Positions 48,759 through 51,436 of a DNA stretch of 51,436 bases are shown here, one piece after another. Source of the DNA: a virus; the IMG/VR virus record IMGVR_UViG_3300023116_000003, one strand, 5' to 3'. The notes under the pieces were generated by a model. The model was not told the origin of the DNA and ran no database searches. It was given only the letters and a program-made list of their open reading frames with translations. Positions within the stretch are counted from its first letter, which is position 1. Each line of letters starts with the position of its first letter. The translations under genes were made by a program, and so were the position numbers.

Positions 48759-51436
48759 TTAAGCCATTCCCTGTCCAGCAGTGAAGCCGTACCAAGTAGT
48801 ACCGCCATTGTGAGTGAAGAAGGTGAAAACGTCTGTTGCGCCACTAGCAGACAGCGTAGGTGCTGTACCAGCGGGCCAGTCAACAGAGGCGGGCCATGTG
48901 ATAGCAGAGCCGTTGTTGACAACCTTCAGGGTAAAACTAGAAACTCGTCCAGAAGCGGCGGGATTGCTAAACGTGTAAGTTACCGCACCAGCCATTGCTG
49001 TGGAGAAGTTGTTGCCTGTATCCAAGTCTATGGTGACTGCACCGCTTGTGCCTGTTGTGGCGTATTCTTCAATGTACTGACCGTTGCTTAATACAATGTT
49101 ACCGCCGTCTGCGTAGAGAGCGTTGCCAGAGCCGTTGTGGTCAATGTTAATGCTATCACCAGAGCCATCTTGCTGAATACGCAAAGCCCTACCAGAAGCA
49201 GATGCGTTATTCACAATAATTTCTACCAAGCCACTGGAGGATGTAAATGCTGATGAATCTGAAGCAACACGCAGACCAGAACCATTTATCAAAGAGTCTG
49301 CATCTATGCGCATAACGGTTGCTGTTGTATTAGCCGCCAACACCCTAATAGCATTCTGTGTCGTAGTTTCGGCATCTATATACAAAGCATTGCCGTTACC
49401 ATCTTGATTAATGTAGAGTCCAACTCCTGTACCAGCGTTTTGAACTTGTAGCCCATTTGCGGCGGAGCCAGAGTTCTGTTGATAAAAGTACGCCAGATTG
49501 CCAGATGCATGAACCCCGGCGTTTTGAACTTGCAACACCTGACCAGTTGTGTTTACTGCCGCGACATATAGTGACTGCTGGCTGGTCGCTTCACTATCAA
49601 TGTTCAGGGCGCGTCCATTACCATTCTGGTCGATGAAGATTGCGTTGCCTGTGCCTTCGTTTTGAACCTTGAAAGCAATACCAGAAGCCACACCGTTAGC
49701 CATAGTTGCCTGTAACAGCACACCGCTAGTTCCAGCAGCAGACCTGAATTGCGCCAATGTTCCAGATGTTAACGTGTTGGTGTTACAGTAAATCCCAACA
49801 CCGCCTGTTCCAGTAGTCCCGGCAGTATCAATACTTATTGCTGAAGAAGTTGCTGCCTCTGAATCAATGGCCAGCGCAGCACCACTACCATTCTGGTCGA
49901 TGACCACGCCAGTGCCTGTGCCATTATTGTAAGCATAAATAGCACTACCTGTTGCAGATGCGTTATGTACTTGCGAACGGACAAGGCCATCTGCAGAAAA
50001 GGAAGCAGAATTACAATAAGCGTAAATAGCGCGTCCGGTAGTGGCTACGTCATTCCTAACGTATATAGCGTGTGCCGTGGTTGCCTCTGAATCAACGTAC
50101 AACCCATTCCCATTACCGTTCTGGTCGATAAGTACACCGCTGCCTGTGCCGTCTTGCTTGACACGCAATGCGATTCCAGTCGAAGTGGCGTTGTCTGCTG
50201 ACACCTGTAACAAATTTCCGCTAAAACTGGCATTGTTGCTGTAAAGTGAAACTCCAGTTCCGCTGGTAATAGTTTCTAAATCAAAATAGTTTCCTATACC
50301 AGTAGTCGCATCAGTAACAGTGTGCAGGGTGTAAGAAGGACTGCTCGTACCAATACCTACATTACCATCAGAGGTAATGCGCATACGTTCGTTAGCACCG
50401 GAATTTGCACCAGTTCTAAACTCTAAATCTCCCGTGTCAGAAGAATTTATACCCCCAGCTACAGTTCCAGAATGGGCAAACTCTAAACCTGTGTCTGCTC
50501 CAGCACTATCAATTTTAAATGGAGTGCCACCAGAACTGGCATATACATGCAGGTATCTGTCCGGACTACTCGTGCCAATACCCAATCTCTCAGTACTTGC
50601 ATCCCAGAATAACTTTGCAGTCGTGCCAGTGTCTTCGTAGAAAGAGATGTCCCCGCCTTCTCCAATAAGCATACGGTCACGGATTGTTCCTAGCGTATCC
50701 GAAGTACGAATAAAAAGGTTACCACCGTCTACGTCTGAAACACGTTTATCTACAATCTCAACCGTATTGTGTGTCGCATTTGTGCGATAAATATCAATAC
50801 TAGCGGTGTCCCCTACCGCATTTCCCAACGAAGCTATTGTTGCGGTAACGGCAGTAGCACCGCTATCCACAGTCAGCCCATCAGCAGTGACTGTGCCTGT
50901 TACGTCAAGAGCAGTAGCAGGTGAAGTATTACCTATACCAAGACGTTCTGTTGAGGCATCCCAGAAAAACTTTGCTGTGGTGCCAGTGTCTTCGTAGAAT
51001 AAGATGTCGTTTGTTGCAGCATCGGCTTTGAGTGCTATTATGTTGTTGGCGTATAATAGTAAATCATCAGCCGTTGAAGACCCAAACCGTACAGAGCTAC
51101 CTGTTGCTGTTATAAACCCAGTAGTTGCCCCATCCGTATCATTTATAGTTATGCTGGGCGTAGTGTCATTAATAGTAATGTCACCATCAACAGTCAGCCC
51201 ATCAGCCGTAAGCGTACCTGTTATGTCTGCGCCAGCAAAAGATGGACTGTCAGTTGTGGCTACGCCCTGATCTAATGCTTTAACGGCTGTGATGTTTGTT
51301 AATTCGCTGTCCATCAACGCACCAGCAGCAGTGACGTTAGTTGTGTCTGTAACGTCTGCGAGGGCTTCAATGCCGTCCAGCTTGGTCTCGTCTGCTGTGG
51401 TAAAGGAAGCAGTAGTAGCATCTAGTACAGCACTGT
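48759..51436 (-). CDS. Tail fibre, C-terminal part (continuation of the gene that starts at 1304)
   Basis: The track ORF 48759..51317 frame stays open to the window end and is continuous with 1..1304. It carries five IDQNGNG.AL.IDSEA-type solenoid repeats and a duplicated FYEDTGTTAK.FWDASTERLGIG module. Confidence 0.88.
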   Translation of the reverse strand, partial: SAVLDATTASFTTADETKLDGIEALADVTDTTNVTAAGALMDSELTNITAVKALDQGVATTDSPSFAGADITGTLTADGLTVDGDITINDTTPSITINDTDGATTGFITATGSSVRFGSSTADDLLLYANNIIALKADAATNDILFYEDTGTTAKFFWDASTERLGIGNTSPATALDVTGTVTADGLTVDSGATAVTATIASLGNAVGDTASIDIYRTNATHNTVEIVDKRVSDVDGGNLFIRTSDTLGTIRDRMLIGEGGDISFYEDTGTTAKLFWDASTERLGIGTSSPDRYLHVYASSGGTPFKIDSAGADTGLEFAHSGTVAGGINSSDTGDLEFRTGANSGANERMRITSDGNVGIGTSSPSYTLHTVTDATTGIGNYFDLETITSGTGVSLYSNNASFSGNLLQVSADNATSTGIALRVKQDGTGSGVLIDQNGNGNGLYVDSEATTAHAIYVRNDVATTGRAIYAYCNSASFSADGLVRSQVHNASATGSAIYAYNNGTGTGVVIDQNGSGAALAIDSEAATSSAISIDTAGTTGTGGVGIYCNTNTLTSGTLAQFRSAAGTSGVLLQATMANGVASGIAFKVQNEGTGNAIFIDQNGNGRALNIDSEATSQQSLYVAAVNTTGQVLQVQNAGVHASGNLAYFYQQNSGSAANGLQVQNAGTGVGLYINQDGNGNALYIDAETTTQNAIRVLAANTTATVMRIDADSLINGSGLRVASDSSAFTSSSGLVEIIVNNASASGRALRIQQDGSGDSINIDHNGSGNALYADGGNIVLSNGQYIEEYATTGTSGAVTIDLDTGNNFSTAMAGAVTYTFSNPAASGRVSSFTLKVVNNGSAITWPASVDWPAGTAPTLSASGATDVFTFFTHNGGTTWYGFTAGQGMA
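51310..51436. repeat. Second copy of the terminal overlap (identical to nt 1-127)
   Basis: Identical to the window start. Confidence 0.97.

Noticed and set aside
31449-51270. Numerous plus-strand track ORFs inside the minus-strand structural genes (for example 31449..31823, 33224..33544, 40566..40895, 42171..42467, 46429..46695, 50377..50640).
   Set aside because: They are antisense to long uninterrupted structural ORFs. They have low-complexity composition mirroring the sense-strand repeats and no RBS.
1-51436. Search for tRNA/tmRNA genes, rRNA, an integrase or attP, a reverse transcriptase (DGR/retron) and toxin-antitoxin pairs.
   Set aside because: I saw no T-loop/anticodon-arm-like cloverleaf candidates in the few non-coding gaps. 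No ORF has recombinase or RT motifs. This visual negative should be confirmed with tRNAscan-SE or HMM tools.

Overview
The window is a complete genome of a tailed dsDNA bacteriophage. Nt 1-127 are identical to nt 51310-51436, so the unique sequence is 51,309 bp, and the tail-fibre gene runs across the window origin.

Layout: two transcription arms diverge from an ~0.8-kb non-coding hub (12152-12963) and converge at ~30450.
- Plus arm (12964-30463): about 36 tightly packed early and replication genes. Recognised products are a T7 gp2.5-like SSB, a gp4-like primase-helicase, a family A DNA polymerase, a T5orf172/GIY-YIG-like protein, a Cas4/RecB-like exonuclease, T7 endonuclease I-like resolvase, DUF3310, class I RNR alpha and beta, DUF932, and many tiny ORFs.
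- Minus arm (12151 down through the origin to 30444): terS, terL, portal, four micro-proteins, scaffold, coat, tail proteins, a 1284-aa fibre, a LamG+SPRY protein, a fibre chaperone, a holin cassette, a block of large internal-virion proteins (1004, 409, 190, 428 and 2210 aa) and an M15 peptidase endolysin.

I recognised no RNA polymerase, integrase, tRNA, rRNA or CRISPR array. Transcription therefore appears to rely on host sigma70-type promoters, and two textbook-perfect ones sit back to back in the hub.

Most unusual observations:
1. The hub itself: divergent consensus promoters, a C-rich/G-poor tract, a three-copy iteron-like repeat, and a train of at least 10 short hairpins. The plus-strand promoter would transcribe this as an ~0.6-kb non-coding RNA.
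2. A six-copy early-region intergenic hairpin family with a conserved apex, a conserved GA asymmetry and co-varying stems. Two copies lie in 73-nt perfect repeats that bracket one gene.
3. A protein-like 77-aa ORF overprinted on a ~59% GC, low-complexity portal tail.
4. A 2210-aa multidomain virion protein.

All family names come from remembered sequence signatures. No database search was possible. Eleven ORFs below the 60-aa threshold of the supplied track were found by hand translation.
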